A program made the translations under genes and the position numbers. From Octopus vulgaris (lineage: Eukaryota): DNA of 64,000 bases. The notes below the pieces were generated by a model. It saw nothing but the letters and a program-made list of their open reading frames with translations, was not told where the DNA came from and did not search any database. This document shows, piece by piece, positions 1 to 13,723 of this stretch; within the stretch, counting starts at the first letter, position 1; every line of letters starts with the position of its first letter. The stretch lies in the NCBI GenBank assembly GCA_951406725.2, contig OX597834.1, forward strand, positions 13,888,001-13,952,000. The letters are read 5' to 3'.

Positions 1-290
1 GCCTTGTGAGTGGATTTGGTAGACGGAAAATGAAAGAAGCCTGTCGTATATATGTATATATATGTATGTGTGTGTGTTTGTGTGTCTGTGTTTTTCCCCT
101 AGCATTGCTTGACAACCGATGCTGGTGTGTTTACGTCCCCGTCACTTCGCGGTTCGACAAAAGAGACCGATAGAATAAGTACTGGGCTTACAAAGAATAA
201 GTCCCGGGGTCGAGTTGCTCGACTAAAGGCGGTGCTCCAGCATGGCCGCAGTCAAATGACTGAAACAAGTAAAAGAGAAAAAAGAGAGTA
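1..290 (+). mobile_element. SINE family A copy (5' part outside the window)
   Basis: Matches the body, internal (TA/TG)n tract and 3' tail (ggccgcagtcaaatgactgaaacaagtaaaagag) of the full copies at 13724-14139 and 38904-39305. Confidence 0.9.
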
Positions 291-561
291 TACGTACATA
301 CATACATTCAAATATATGTATATATAAACAAGTGCATGCGCTAACACACGCGCAGGCAGACATATATAGCAGCAAAACCAACGCCAAGAAATTACTAGGA
401 ATAGCTGAGCTTTAGCTTAGCTGAAATATGTTTGTGACTAGGGAGGGAAAATTATCTTATATGGTAGTATGTGTAAAGGCCACAAAATGGGCACGTACTG
501 TATACATGTTGAATCTCATGCGGACGTCTGTGTATAGTTCTTCAAATTATATTGCAAAGAC

Positions 562-634
562 AATCATACTGATGATCTACGGATAATTACGTAAATAATT
601 ACATAAATGGTAATAGCGAAATTGAGTTATGATT
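562..634 (+). ncRNA. Degenerate type I hammerhead-ribozyme-like motif
   Basis: aatcata-CTGATGA-tcta..tagc-GAAA-ttgagt-tatgatt. Perfect 7-bp stem I (aatcata/tatgatt); first stem II pair is mismatched and the cleavage-site nucleotide appears deleted. Confidence 0.55.
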
Positions 635-775
635 AATGTATAGTTTGTTTCTTTTCATTTGTCATGCTCGCTTACGTTCCGGCGTTTTCTAAATAACCTT
701 GAGAACATTCCTTTCTTAGTAGTAAGACCATGGCGGATCTACTTCTAGCATAATGGATGCCATCCCTCTTATAAG

Positions 776-831
<56 letters not shown>

Positions 832-834
832 CAC

Positions 835-1075
835 TATTTACTCTTTATACACTCTTTACTCTTTTACTCTTTTAATTGATTCAGTCATTTGATTGCGGCC
901 ATGCTGGAGCACCGCCTTTAGTCGAGCGAATCGACCCCGGGACTTATTCTTTGTAAGCCCAGTACTTATTCTATCGGTCTCTTTTGCCGAACCGCTATGT
1001 GACGGGTACGTAAACACACAAGCATCGGTTGTCAAGCAATGCAAGTGGGACAAACACAGACACACAAACATATAT
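835..1075 (-). mobile_element. SINE family A, 3' half ending at the internal microsatellite
   Basis: Reverse complement of the family A tail and body; breaks into (TA)n. Confidence 0.9.
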
Positions 1076-1078
1076 ACA

Positions 1079-1123
<45 letters not shown>

Positions 1124-1131
1124 TATGTACG

Positions 1132-1169
<38 letters not shown>

Positions 1170-1201
1170 AAACAGAGATAGTGAGAGTGAGAGGAAGATA
1201 A

Positions 1202-1257
<56 letters not shown>

Positions 1258-1772
1258 TCGCACAATAAAACTTCACACTTTCCAATTAACCGTCACCCAT
1301 GTTTTTACATGCATTTTGAATTACAGGCGAACATAATTTCTACTGACAGGACTAAACATTTCGGCAAGCAGTTGTAGATTAAGCCTTTGTTGTTCGTGTG
1401 TCAAGAATATTTTGCTTAACATATATGCCATATAATGTGCAATGGTCAAAGAATATATGAAATATCGAGAAATTTTATTTCGTAAAGTGTGAATAATATT
1501 CAAGATATCCGTCTGGGAAACGTCATAGTTATTACTGTATGGAATGTTATCACTCAAACCAAATTATATAAAAAAAGCACAGAACCATGATATACTTGTT
1601 GTCTACCCTTTTCCTTTTACAATAGTATAACTTCAAAGAAATATTTTTACTATCGATATAACTATACACATTTATCACGTTATCGGTAAAAAAAAATAAT
1701 TTGATAAAAATTGATAACTCTCTTGAATTTGGGTTAAGTATATCACGAACACGTAGAAGTCAGGCACGTAAC

Positions 1773-1834
<62 letters not shown>

Positions 1835-1875
1835 GTTTAACAATGGCGTTATTATTATTATTATTATTATTATTA

Positions 1876-1933
<58 letters not shown>

Positions 1934-2042
1934 GTCATTCTTATTAATAATAATAATTATTAGTATTATACTGATATTGATAAGAACAAGAAAAACACCA
2001 ATAATAATGATGATAATAATAATGACAATAATAGCAACAATG

Positions 2043-2125
<83 letters not shown>

Positions 2126-2210
2126 AATGATAATGATAATAATAATAATAATATTAATAATAATAATAATAAAAAGAGTAATAGTAATAATAATAATAAT
2201 AATAATAGTA

Positions 2211-2279
<69 letters not shown>

Positions 2280-2318
2280 GATACAACAACAATAATAATT
2301 ATAACAATAATAATAATG
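1773..2318. repeat. Compound (AAT)n/(ATT)n/(AAT)n microsatellite
   Basis: Direct reading; explains the poly-N/poly-I/poly-L ORFs. Confidence 0.97.
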
Positions 2319-2612
2319 CCTGTCTCGCAAATATGTTCTTTGCAGCTAAAAAAATATCCTTGTAAATAACACCATTATGTATACGAAAAATAAAAGAACC
2401 GACACTATTCACAAATATATATTATTTGAGTCTGTTATAACTGTGTATAACATATATCTTTGAAGTCGTGAGTCATACTGAGAAGATATTTTTTTACGAA
2501 TAGTTGTTATTTTTATGTAGTCAACATATACATACATATATATAAATATATATATATATCAGATATATTGCATTTCTAAATCTCTCGTAGAGACATGTAC
2601 GGTGGTGGGGCG

Positions 2613-2799
2613 ATAGAATGGTTGTATACTGTCAATCTAACAAGAACGTGACAGTAGAGGGTACACCACCGCTGTATAGCCCTAGGAAGCATCGAACGCC
2701 TCCTGTCAAAGCTATCAGGAGGCGTTCGATGATTCCTAGGGCTATACAGCGGTGGTGTACCCCTACTGTCACGTTCTTGTTAGATTGACAGTATACAAC

Positions 2800-2807
<8 letters not shown>
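2613..2807. repeat. Fold-back inverted repeat, ~93-bp arms, 10-bp loop
   Basis: Arms 2613-2705 and 2716-2807 are reverse complements with one mismatch and one 1-nt indel; homologous to the element at 33233-33625. Confidence 0.95.
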
Positions 2808-2846
<39 letters not shown>

Positions 2847-3364
2847 TGTATGTGAATGTATATACATACGCACACATTCATATATATATATTGTGTACTC
2901 GAATATGAATAAATTATTAGCAATGTAACTGAAAGAGAATAACACTGGGTTTTTCTCTGTTTGCCTCAAGGGCAAATATTAAGTAGGTATTAGAAAGTAT
3001 AAAACAATAGTTTTTAAAGTTTATATCGAAACCCAGAAATAAGTATACGGTAAAATTTCAAATGTCATTGAATGATCCGATTATTTCAATGTTCCCCCAC
3101 CGCATGATACCGTCTTAAGACATTTATTGGATGGCCGTTGACTCTCAAGTGTTCCTCCGCCCTTTGACGGCTTTTGATTTTCATCCCGCAGGGTGTCCAA
3201 TAAACACCTTCCTTACCAAGTCGCCAAAAGCATGACCATGCAACAGGTTGTACTGGGTTACATGTTACCAGTAGCACTCGAAAGTGACCTGACATATATA
3301 CATACATATTTACACATACATACATACATACATACATGCATACATACATACATACATACATACA

Positions 3365-3395
<31 letters not shown>

Positions 3396-3935
3396 GCATC
3401 ATCATTACATACATTTTTGACAGAGAAAAGCATGAATTCACATATCTATTAAAACGTAACTAATTCTATTTTATAGCAATGAAAAGCCTTCACACAGATG
3501 TCAATCTCCTTTTTAAATTTAGGATGTAATTTAATATAAATTAACTATTTATAAACAATCGGAAAGACTCTCGCATTTTATTATAGTTTTTTAACTTATT
3601 TACCTTTTTTTTAAATCCTCTTTCTAATTACATTCAGAAAATGGAATCCTTATAAGATATATTGCAAATCAGTGTTCTTTAATTTATTTCTATGAAAGTT
3701 TTATGTCATAGCTATTTACTTTTTTCAGATGGTCATAATGGTGTATACACTCATGTTGTCATCCACGCCAGTTGAAGCCTAAATACATAAATGCACACGC
3801 AGCTATATACATACGTGTGTATGTGCATATATATATATAAATAAGGATAATATCGATATTTACATATCGATATTATCAAGTGGCTAGCATGAGAATGAAT
3901 ACCATACAAAGGTAATAACTTTTTACAACTATAAT

Positions 3936-4126
3936 TAAGGGTATCTGAGAGACATCACCATGCCGAAATAGCAGTCAAATCCCTGATTCTAAAAACCACC
4001 TTAAATGTTCACATCGCACCATGAGATAAGTCTTATCTCATGGTGCGATATGAACATTTAAGCTGGTTCTTAGAGTCAGTGATTTGACTGCCATTTAGGC
4101 ACGGTGGTGTCCCTCACATACCCTTA
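3936..4126. repeat. Palindrome, 95-bp arms, 1-nt spacer, carrying a hammerhead-like motif in each arm
   Basis: Centre gagataag-t-cttatctc at 4031; 11 mismatches between arms; left arm gggtat-CTGAGA-gacat cacc atgcc-GAAA-tagca-GTC-aaatccc (3939-3983). Confidence 0.9.
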
Positions 4127-4128
4127 TA

Positions 4129-4164
<36 letters not shown>

Positions 4165-4626
4165 TGTATGTATGTATGTATGTATGTATGTATGTATGTA
4201 TGGTGTGTGTGTAATAATTTTAATTGATATTGTACTAAATTACTTTACGTTCGTTTTTTAACGTCGCAGGGGCATTCTCATGAACAAGCGCGCACGATGT
4301 AATGAGATGAATAGTTTGCAAGCTAACTGAATAAAATAATTTGTCTGACCATCCTTAAGTACCAACGTTCATAAGGTGGAATCGATTGATACCAAAATAT
4401 ATGTTCTTGCTTTGTGGTTTATACAAGATAAGGTCTAATTAAATTATATTCCTTTCATATACCGAGCATGTTTTCTTATAGTGAAACATTTTAGGTTTTG
4501 AAGTGTAACCTCACTTTATATCAAGCTGTAATCCGGCACCCTTATTTATTTGTATATTTTATTTCTTTTTTTTTTTTTACCTATTTAGGTTAAACTTGCT
4601 GGAAACTTTATTATTCCTATTTTGAT

Positions 4627-4991
4627 TTTACTCTTTTACTCTTTTATATGTTGCAGCCATTTCCCTGCGGCCATGCTGGAGCACCGCATTTAGTCGAGGA
4701 AATCGACCCCCAGGACTTATTTTTTGTATAGTATATAGTATATATTCTATCGGTCTCTTTTAAAGAACCGCTAAGATACGGGGACGTAAACACACCAGCA
4801 TCGGTTGTCAAGCGATGTTGATGGGGCAAACCCAGACCTACACATATGTATATACATATATACCACGGGCTTTTTTCAGTTTCCGCCTATCAAATTCATT
4901 CACAAGGCTTTGGTCGGCCCGAGGCTATTGTAGAAGACACTTGCCCAAGGTGCCATGCATTGGGACTGAACCCGGAACCATGTGGTTGGTA
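4627..4991 (-). mobile_element. SINE family A copy
   Basis: Colinear with the family A consensus. Confidence 0.9.
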
Positions 4992-5439
4992 CATATATAT
5001 ATATATTTGTTAAAGAAGTGCGTCTTAATCAAACCAAATTCCTGGTAGAGTTTTAAGCATAACCCAAATATCAACTGGAACACCATTGACAATGTATATT
5101 GATAATCGAATGCTTCTTCAATATGGCCTTTGCTGCAGTGGAGATCAATACAGCCGAATTCGGCCGCAAATGATTGTCCAACAGATGAAAGCAAATTTAT
5201 CTTTTTCTAGAGAGCAGAAATCCACATTTTCTCTAAAGGTGATGAAGTTGCAGCTGCAGTCTTAAAGTTGCAGCTATTGCAATAAAATATTAACAGTATG
5301 CAGAAGAAAATGAAACTCGAAATATAACAACTTAAGAATAACTTGTGTCATACACTAAATTTTTGTCCACTTCGGCATACACTCACACATACACATACGC
5401 ATTTATATATATATACCTACAAACATATTGATACATATA

Positions 5440-5516
5440 CATGTTCATATATACCGATATATATATATAATGTATATAAGTATAATATAATATAGATATA
5501 ATATAATATAATTAAC

Positions 5517-5563
<47 letters not shown>

Positions 5564-5775
5564 TATATAAATATATAATATATATATGATATAATATAAA
5601 TAACATATATAATATATATATATATATATATATAATAGAAATATATATATAAATTGTATACATATATAATATATATATGTTAATGAAATGCGGTCAAATT
5701 ATTATTATTATATATTATTATTATATATTACTATTACTATTATTATTATTATTATCATTATCATTATTAATTTTT

Positions 5776-5828
<53 letters not shown>

Positions 5829-5835
5829 TAGATAA

Positions 5836-5920
<85 letters not shown>

Positions 5921-5925
5921 CAGAC
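5440..5925. repeat. Compound degenerate (TA)n/(ATT)n/(GA)n/(TAGA)n microsatellite
   Basis: Direct reading. Confidence 0.95.
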
Positions 5926-6280
5926 AGAGCTGGCTTTCCACACCTGCTTTTAGCTTGTAAAATATGGAAACAAACTAGTGAAGACATGTAAATAATTTAT
6001 CTTACGCTAACGTAGAATACTTTCCTGGCTGAGAAGCGAATGTCATCTTACGTCTATCAACTAATGGAATAGATAGATTAATCTCATAGCTTCTGACTTC
6101 CTGTATATTCCCTCTTGTTTTTTGTTATATATTTCGGTGCATGTGTGTATATGTCTATGCTCGAGTCTGTGTATGTGTGAATGTGGGTAGATGTCTATGT
6201 GTCAGTTTGCATAGCTCCTGTCTATGTGTTATCGTACGTAGCTCCTGCTTATGTGTCATTTTCCATATCTCCTGACATTC

Positions 6281-6351
<71 letters not shown>

Positions 6352-6381
6352 TGAAAGATAGATTGAAAGATAGGTAGATAT

Positions 6382-6412
<31 letters not shown>

Positions 6413-6920
6413 TATAGATAGATAGATAGATAGATAGATGTAGATATATACATATATACATAATAATATGTATGTTATTATAAAATGTATATCGCTTCAA
6501 TTCTAGATTATGCTATCCTACCACATAATATACGGTTTTGTGTCCTTTGTCATTCTACGATACCTATAAGTCATTTGTGGAAACCCTGGACTAGATCATC
6601 ACTTACAAAATTCCTCAGACACTATCGTTACGTACGAATAGGCACAAACAGTTATGACACCATTTTAGTAGTCTTTCGGTGGGATTATCTGATGTTACAT
6701 CCAAGCGGGTCTATAGAGCAGGAGATTTAAGAAGTCCTCAAAAAATTTTGAGAAGCTGCCATTGAATCTTATAAAGGTAAACCGACAAGCCCACGCACAT
6801 ACACTCACAAACACGCGCGCGCAGACACCTGGCAAGAAAAAAATGTTTTTAAACAAGGATATATATGTATAAGAGAACAGAAATTCCTCACCAGTCGAAA
6901 GACGCCTGTTGTTATGTCCT

Positions 6921-6981
6921 GTTATTATTATTATTATAATTATTATTATAATTATAATTATTAATATTATTATTATTATTA

Positions 6982-7055
<74 letters not shown>

Positions 7056-7056
7056 T
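6921..7056. repeat. (ATT)n microsatellite
   Basis: Direct reading. Confidence 0.97.
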
Positions 7057-7319
7057 GTATTATTTCTGTATTTATATTCTTGTAACATCGTCCATTTTTC
7101 CTTCATTGTTTCGTATACATTCGATCTTTTTTCCAAGGAACCTAATGCTTTTAGATGAGATTTTACTTGGGGCTGGCCAGATTGGAGTAATCTGAAGATT
7201 AATCAGCCGAAATTTCGGGGATGATCTGGTACTTGACTGAAGATTAAAGGCTTCGAATGACCCGTCCTTGTTTTTTTTGTATCGCCTAATTGGATGTTTT
7301 GCGTTATTGTCCCATTTTG

Positions 7320-7378
<59 letters not shown>

Positions 7379-8075
7379 ACGTATGTATAAGTGTATGTGT
7401 ATACGGAAACGCGAAAAGACAAGCAGGAACACCGGCAAACACGAACACACAGAAAAACACAGACACACATACAGACACAAATATAATGAAAGAATTGTAT
7501 CCGATTAAGAATCATTCTTTTCACTTGGGCATTAAGCTAATGTGACGTTCGATGCAACTCGTTCCCCTTCTGTTCTCTTATATTTCTTGTTCATGCCTTT
7601 TAATATATATATCTATGCGTGTGCATGTGCTATGTGACACTATATAGTATATATATATATGTGTGCGTATATCGGTGAACGTGTGTCTCCGTGCTTGTGT
7701 GTGTGTGTGTTATAACAAATGGGAATTGACATAAAGTAGCGATGAAGACAGTGACCGCCAGGTAACAAAAGATCATAAGCTTTTATGAATGAGGTTAATT
7801 AACATATTTAAGGAAATGCAAATATTTCATAAAATGTACAAGAAATATTTAATGCATCTACTAAATACAGCAAGGATATTAACCTAGTTATATTCTCATT
7901 GAAAAACAGAAAGTCGAAGAAGATGGGGGTTAACACTGTGTAAAATATCTTCATAGAATGTCACCAATGGATGCTTTCCTGAGCTGAAAAATCATAACAG
8001 ATGTTTGATTTAATTATACAAGCAGAGATCTGAAAGGTCGTCCGAATTATCAAAGAAAGAAAAGTATAGAAGAAT

Positions 8076-8800
8076 AGAAGTGGCTGTGTGGTAGGTAGCT
8101 TGGTTATTAACCACATGGTTCCAGGTTCAGCCACACTGCGTGGTACCTTGGGCAAGTGTCTTCTACTATAGCTTCAGGACGAACAAAGCCTTGTGCGTGG
8201 ATTTGGTAGTCGGAAACTGAAAGAAGCCCGTCGTATATATATGTATACGTGTGTATTTGTATCTGTCTGTCCCCCAAATATTGCTTGACAACCGATTCTG
8301 GTGTGTTTATGTCTCGATAACATAGCGGCTCGGTACAAGAGACAGATGGAATAAGTACTAGGCTTACAAAGAATAAGCTCTGGGGACGATCTGTTCGACT
8401 AAAGGCGGTGCTCTAGCATGGCCGCTGTTAGATGAGGGAAACAATGAAAAGAGTAAATGAGAGAGAGAGAGAGAGAGAGTAAGAGAAGTGGCTGTGTGGT
8501 AGCTTGCTTACTAATGTCATGGTTCCGGGAAACTGAAATAATACCGTTTATATATGTATACATGCACCTGTGTGTATGTTTGTGTGTCTGTGTTTGTCCC
8601 CCCACCTACAACATCACTTGACAACCGATGCTGGTATGTTCATGTCCACGTAACTTAGCAGTTCTGCAAAAGAGACCGACAGAATAAGTACTACGCTTAC
8701 AAAGAATATATTTCTGGGGTCGATATGCTCAACTAAAGGCGGTGCTCCAGCATGGCCACAGTCAAATGACTGATAGAAGTAAAAGAGTAAAAGAGTAAAG
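8076..8800 (+). mobile_element. Two tandem diverged SINE family A copies (about 8076-8460 and 8484-8800, the second internally deleted)
   Basis: Two heads (agtggctgtgtggta) and two tails. Confidence 0.85.
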
Positions 8801-9425
8801 AAATATCTACTCTGCAAAGCGCTACTAATTTGGAAAACCATAGACTCACCTCCTGCTTAGTGACAACGTGAGTCGATATTTGATACTCAGGGACACAATC
8901 AAATTGTTCGCAGTTTTATATATATATTTTAATGTACAAATAAAAGTCGGAACTATCGTACCCAAGAGTTAAATATGGAGATAATGCTGCATCGTATGGC
9001 ACTGTAAAAAACATATATCAGTCTTTATCAAATTACGAATATCTATACTTTACTCTAGTATCACTAACGGTGGCGTATAAATCAACCATAATTAAATAAA
9101 TATGCATAATTCCTTGATATGTATTTACTGAGTATGTGACTTTGGCGATAGTCTATAATGTTTTACTTTGGTTATAGGGATTTTTATTATTTATTTATAA
9201 TAATAATAAAATATGCAGTCGTATATAGTTCTGTAGACAATGTGAATACATAGGTACTTTTGGTATCTGCTATTCATATAACAAAAGTAATGCTTTTCGG
9301 AAAAATATTCCTTAAACAAAGGTATTGAAATGTGATATGTAATCTGTGACAATACTTAATGGGATTTTCAATATTTTATGAAGATTAAGTGTATTCATAT
9401 GCAATATGTACGTATATATGGATAT

Positions 9426-9483
<58 letters not shown>

Positions 9484-9648
9484 TGAGAGAAAAAAGCATA
9501 GATGTATAATAAATTATGATTTATTATACATCTCATATATATATATATATATATATATATGTGTTTATGTGTGTGTATATATATATATATATGAGGAGGT
9601 GTAAAATTATTCATGTTTTATTATGTATCTATCTGTCTCTCTCCTCTT

Positions 9649-9683
<35 letters not shown>

Positions 9684-10414
9684 CTATATACACATACGTA
9701 ATAATATATGCATACATATGTACATAAATATATAAATATATAAATATATAAATATATTTGCACGTGTGTGTGGGTGCATTGTACATACGTACATGCATAC
9801 ATATACATGCACATATGACCATAATTATTAGTATATATATATATAGAAAACACCGATACATTTTCATACCTGTACGTATATATGTGTGTGTGTGTGTGTG
9901 TGTGTATGTGTGTATGTTTGTGTGTGCATGTGTGAGAGAGAGAGAAAGTGGAAAAGAGAAAACGCAAGGAAGCGAGATTGATATAGGAAGGGAAAGAGAG
10001 AGGGAGGGAGAGAGAGAGCGAGTGTTTATACGAGATCATCTTTCTATGTCAATATTGAAAATGTACCAGTGTAACAGCGTTTGTTACTGCATGATGTTGT
10101 TGGAAAGTGTAAAGATATTTCATATGTTCGTTTCTCAGTAAAAGATTGTAAACAAAACAGAGTACATCACAATAGAATAAAACTATGAATGTAATTCACT
10201 CGGAGCATGCTATTTCATCTATTCTATATCTATATATTCATTTGAAAATACATTTGCTATCAGCGTATATCTCTTAGAAATATACGCTGATAACTAACTT
10301 AAGAATGTATTAGAATTATACTTTTCTAAAGGAAACGGATTGAGTTACTAGTAGCTCTTCTATGAAACCTATGCGATTGTATGTGATCCTGAAATTGTTA
10401 TAGAGATATAAATA

Positions 10415-10570
10415 TTAAGAAACACGCAAAAGCCGTTCGATATACTGCAACATTTAACGGCTGTTGTGTGTTTCTTAAATGGCTTACAAACACCTTCCAC
10501 GCTGCAGTTGTTTTCGTTCCAGCACACAATCTCAGATCAAATCACTTGCTATGCAGGTACATCTCCGATA
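10415..10570. repeat. Fold-back repeat of the family also found at 26987 and 27493
   Basis: ttaagaaacacgcaaaagccgtt ... aacggctgttgtgtgtttcttaa; continuation to 10570 matches 27600-27690. Confidence 0.85.
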
Positions 10571-10873
10571 TAAATATTGTATCGATGTAATTCTATGCAT
10601 TTCACACTTTATCTTTCTTGAAACATGTCCCAAGATCCTGTGCACAAAATGGCGGCTATATACACACACGCAAACACACACACACTGACATTGAGATGGA
10701 AAAAGAAACGTCAGAGAGATTATATCTTTATGTATGTGTATATCTGAATGTATAGTTATATGCACTGTACATAAATTTATGCATACAATTATGGCCGGTT
10801 CATAGGGTTGTCCATGTCCATGATTGTCATTTAAATACTTTCCTGTCCTATACGCATACATACATCTGTATAT

Positions 10874-11015
<142 letters not shown>

Positions 11016-11188
11016 CATATATATATAGTTCGATTTGAAAACCCCACTAGAATGAGAGAGAGCGCAAATATATGATCTAAGTTATATGATGTATAAAATC
11101 AGGTAATATAAAAATATCCGTAAATATAAAACCATCTGAATTTCTGAGTACCTCATTTCTTCTAATATAAAATACCTGTACATCATCT

Positions 11189-11238
<50 letters not shown>

Positions 11239-11299
11239 CCAATCTCTTGTTCCAACAACGTAGTTTGTGAAATGAATAGATGTGTGATCAACATCTTTT

Positions 11300-11430
11300 C
11301 CTCATATATCAGGAAATTACATCTGCATTATTATGGATACATTCATCTTCTCTGTGAATAAAATCTCTCCTCATATCTCCGGAAATTACACCTGCATTAT
11401 TATGGATGGATTTACCTTTTCTGTGAAGCT
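11300..11430. repeat. Tandem duplication, ~68-bp unit x2
   Basis: tcctcatat..ggaaattaca.ctgcattattatggat occurs twice. Confidence 0.8.
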
Positions 11431-12685
11431 AACAATCTTTTAAAAAACCTTTTATAAAACTGTGCATCATTAGAAAACATTTTAAGTCTGCTTACAAACT
11501 AACTTTGCTTTTCATAGAACTCTCTTCGATACTTCATGAGTGTAGCCTCACCCCCTAGGATGTTTGGAAAACTCATATGTGTTTTGGCTGATGAATACGG
11601 GACACTTGTATTTGCTGCAATATTTGCAGCTTTAAATAAATCTGTTCTTCGTATGAAAAAATTATACTGAACAACTAACCCATTCTTGTTGCTTTTTTCT
11701 TGTATATATATATATATATATATATATGACAAGTGCGTTACAATTTTATTAGACCTGAAACGATATCTTCAGGTTTATGTCATTACACGTGTATATTCAT
11801 ATATATATATATATTGAGTGAAGACATTTTAATGCTTAAATACCAAATAGTACGGTGAGCATATGATATCATTGATTACATAACGTCGTCAACGATGCAT
11901 AACACAGTGACAGACAGCTAAACAGATAACCACACACTCTTCATTTAGACACTCTTTCTCACACGACACACCTTATGTTTATGTATTCACATACATAATG
12001 ACAAATTGGATCTTCCTTTGATGTTTATGACAAGGATACAAGACAAATATGTTTCGTGTATATATATATATCTTATCGTCATGCAGGTGTAACTCCTGAC
12101 TTAGATTATTTTGAGTAAAACATTTCCCTGTTTTTCCTGTTTGCTAAAATCATTTCTGCAAGATTAAACTTGGAAACAAAACTATTCAACAGTATTATCC
12201 AGCTTTAGGGGATTATCCTAACGATTGTGATGTCTTAACTCAGAGTTCATTTGTGAAATGCCTCGTAAACCGTTATGATTTTTGAATTTTTAATTAACAA
12301 ATCGGAGCAAATGTTGCCGAAATTCGCATGAGCAGCTGTGAAACCAGACGCCTGTAAATTTAATTTTATCATCATGCACTCTCTCTCCCACTCTCTCTTC
12401 CTGTCTCTCGTTACCTCTTTCACTCTCTCTCTCTCTCTCCCTCTCTCTTTCTCTCTGCCTCACTCTACATTATCACTTTCATACGTTATTCGTTTTCTTT
12501 TTTTCAATGCACTGCCTCAGACACGTTGCCTTTTTCCTCTCCGTTCACTTTATCTCTTTCTCAGATGAAGAGTCAAATCAATACTGATCCTCAGGCAGAG
12601 ACAAGGTATGTGTCATTTGTATACAAAACTGGATATTACGTGAACTTCTCTCCTATATCCAAAATTGAAACACGTGTTATACTAA

Positions 12686-12955
12686 CTTATAGTTTGAATT
12701 TTTCCATTGCTGTTTCTTGTTATGGTGTAGCATCTGTTGTTTTCCACAATTTTCAAGTTATTTTAATGTCTCCAGTTCTAAAATGACCCTTGTTTCATAA
12801 TATAGCTACTGAGACATAGCATTACTTATAGTTTGAATTTTTCCATTGTTGTTTCTTGTTATGGTGTAGCATCCGTTGTTTTCCACAATTTTCAAATTAT
12901 TTTAATGTCCCCATTTCTAAAATGACCCTTGTAGCTACCGAAACAAAGCATTACT
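12686..12955. repeat. Tandem duplication, ~138-bp unit x2
   Basis: acttatagtttgaatttttccattg...ctaaaatgacccttgt repeated with few substitutions. Confidence 0.9.
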
Positions 12956-13723
12956 CATATTCGATAGACCACAAGTGAAAAGAATGCATACTTACCTGTC
13001 TTTTTCACCTGTTATATTTCATCTGTAACCTGAATTTTGTTAAGGCCTTGCAGCGACAACAACCTTATTTAAAATTCAAGATATTCTAAGTTTACATTAA
13101 ACATTTCCAATTTGCTTTTCTAGTTATACCTGCTTGCTTCCACGATGACGTATGGAAAACGATTTAAATGAATGCAGTTTCAATATGTTTTATTATTAAA
13201 TATAACTTGAATGAACATGCTGTTTGTAAGACTTTGTCCTCATTCCTCGAGTTTCCAAGAACTTCGTTTCTTTCTCTTTGAGGCGCCGTCCATCGTGGGT
13301 GATTTTACTCGAATCTATGGGTTCACTAAAAGTATTCAGCAAAATCACACAACACACAATTACGAAATTCAGGCATTGAATTTCATACAACCCACAAATA
13401 AAAGCTTACATAAGTCATAATATATAAAGTTGCCATTCAATAGTACGAAAAGGGGTGAATTCCCCTACTGTAAAGTATTTCAAGCGTCAGTTATCCTACA
13501 ACACGCTTAAATAATGGTATATATATCGTTACAAATGTTGAGCATTATGATATTGTGATATGTATACAAATATAAATTACTCAAAATGTAACACGAGTGG
13601 AATATAGATTCCAGCATAATCTTATAAATAATAGAGACGTAAGCAGATGTACTTCTCACCAAAACGACAATGGTGTTCCTGATGGCTTCAGGCTGCATAA
13701 AAAAAGTACCGTTTATATATGCA

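Noticed and set aside
244-285. SINE A tail cagtc-aaat-gact-GAAAC-aa-GTA as a hammerhead half
   Set aside because: No CUGANGA upstream and no stem I; better explained as a LINE-type 3' recognition stem-loop
109-327. Recurrent ORFs such as TTDAGVFTSP..KETDRISTGLTKNKS and [24 protein letters not shown]
   Set aside because: Chance reading frames of SINE A copies, with inconsistent frames and stops
3085-3215. Possible Tc1/mariner end (cagggtgtccaataa; ..HAVGEH)
   Set aside because: Too short, with no partner TIR
7185-7270. Two CTGAAGA motifs followed by GAAA/CGAA
   Set aside because: Stems and NUH triplet cannot be assigned in this copy; at most a decayed remnant
11530-11620. CTGATGA and ttcatgag..gaaaac motifs
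   Set aside because: No convincing stem pairing
12988-13040. Strong minus-strand donor CAG|GTAAGTAT as an exon end
   Set aside because: The candidate exon from the ttcag acceptor has stops in all three frames, and no better acceptor was evident
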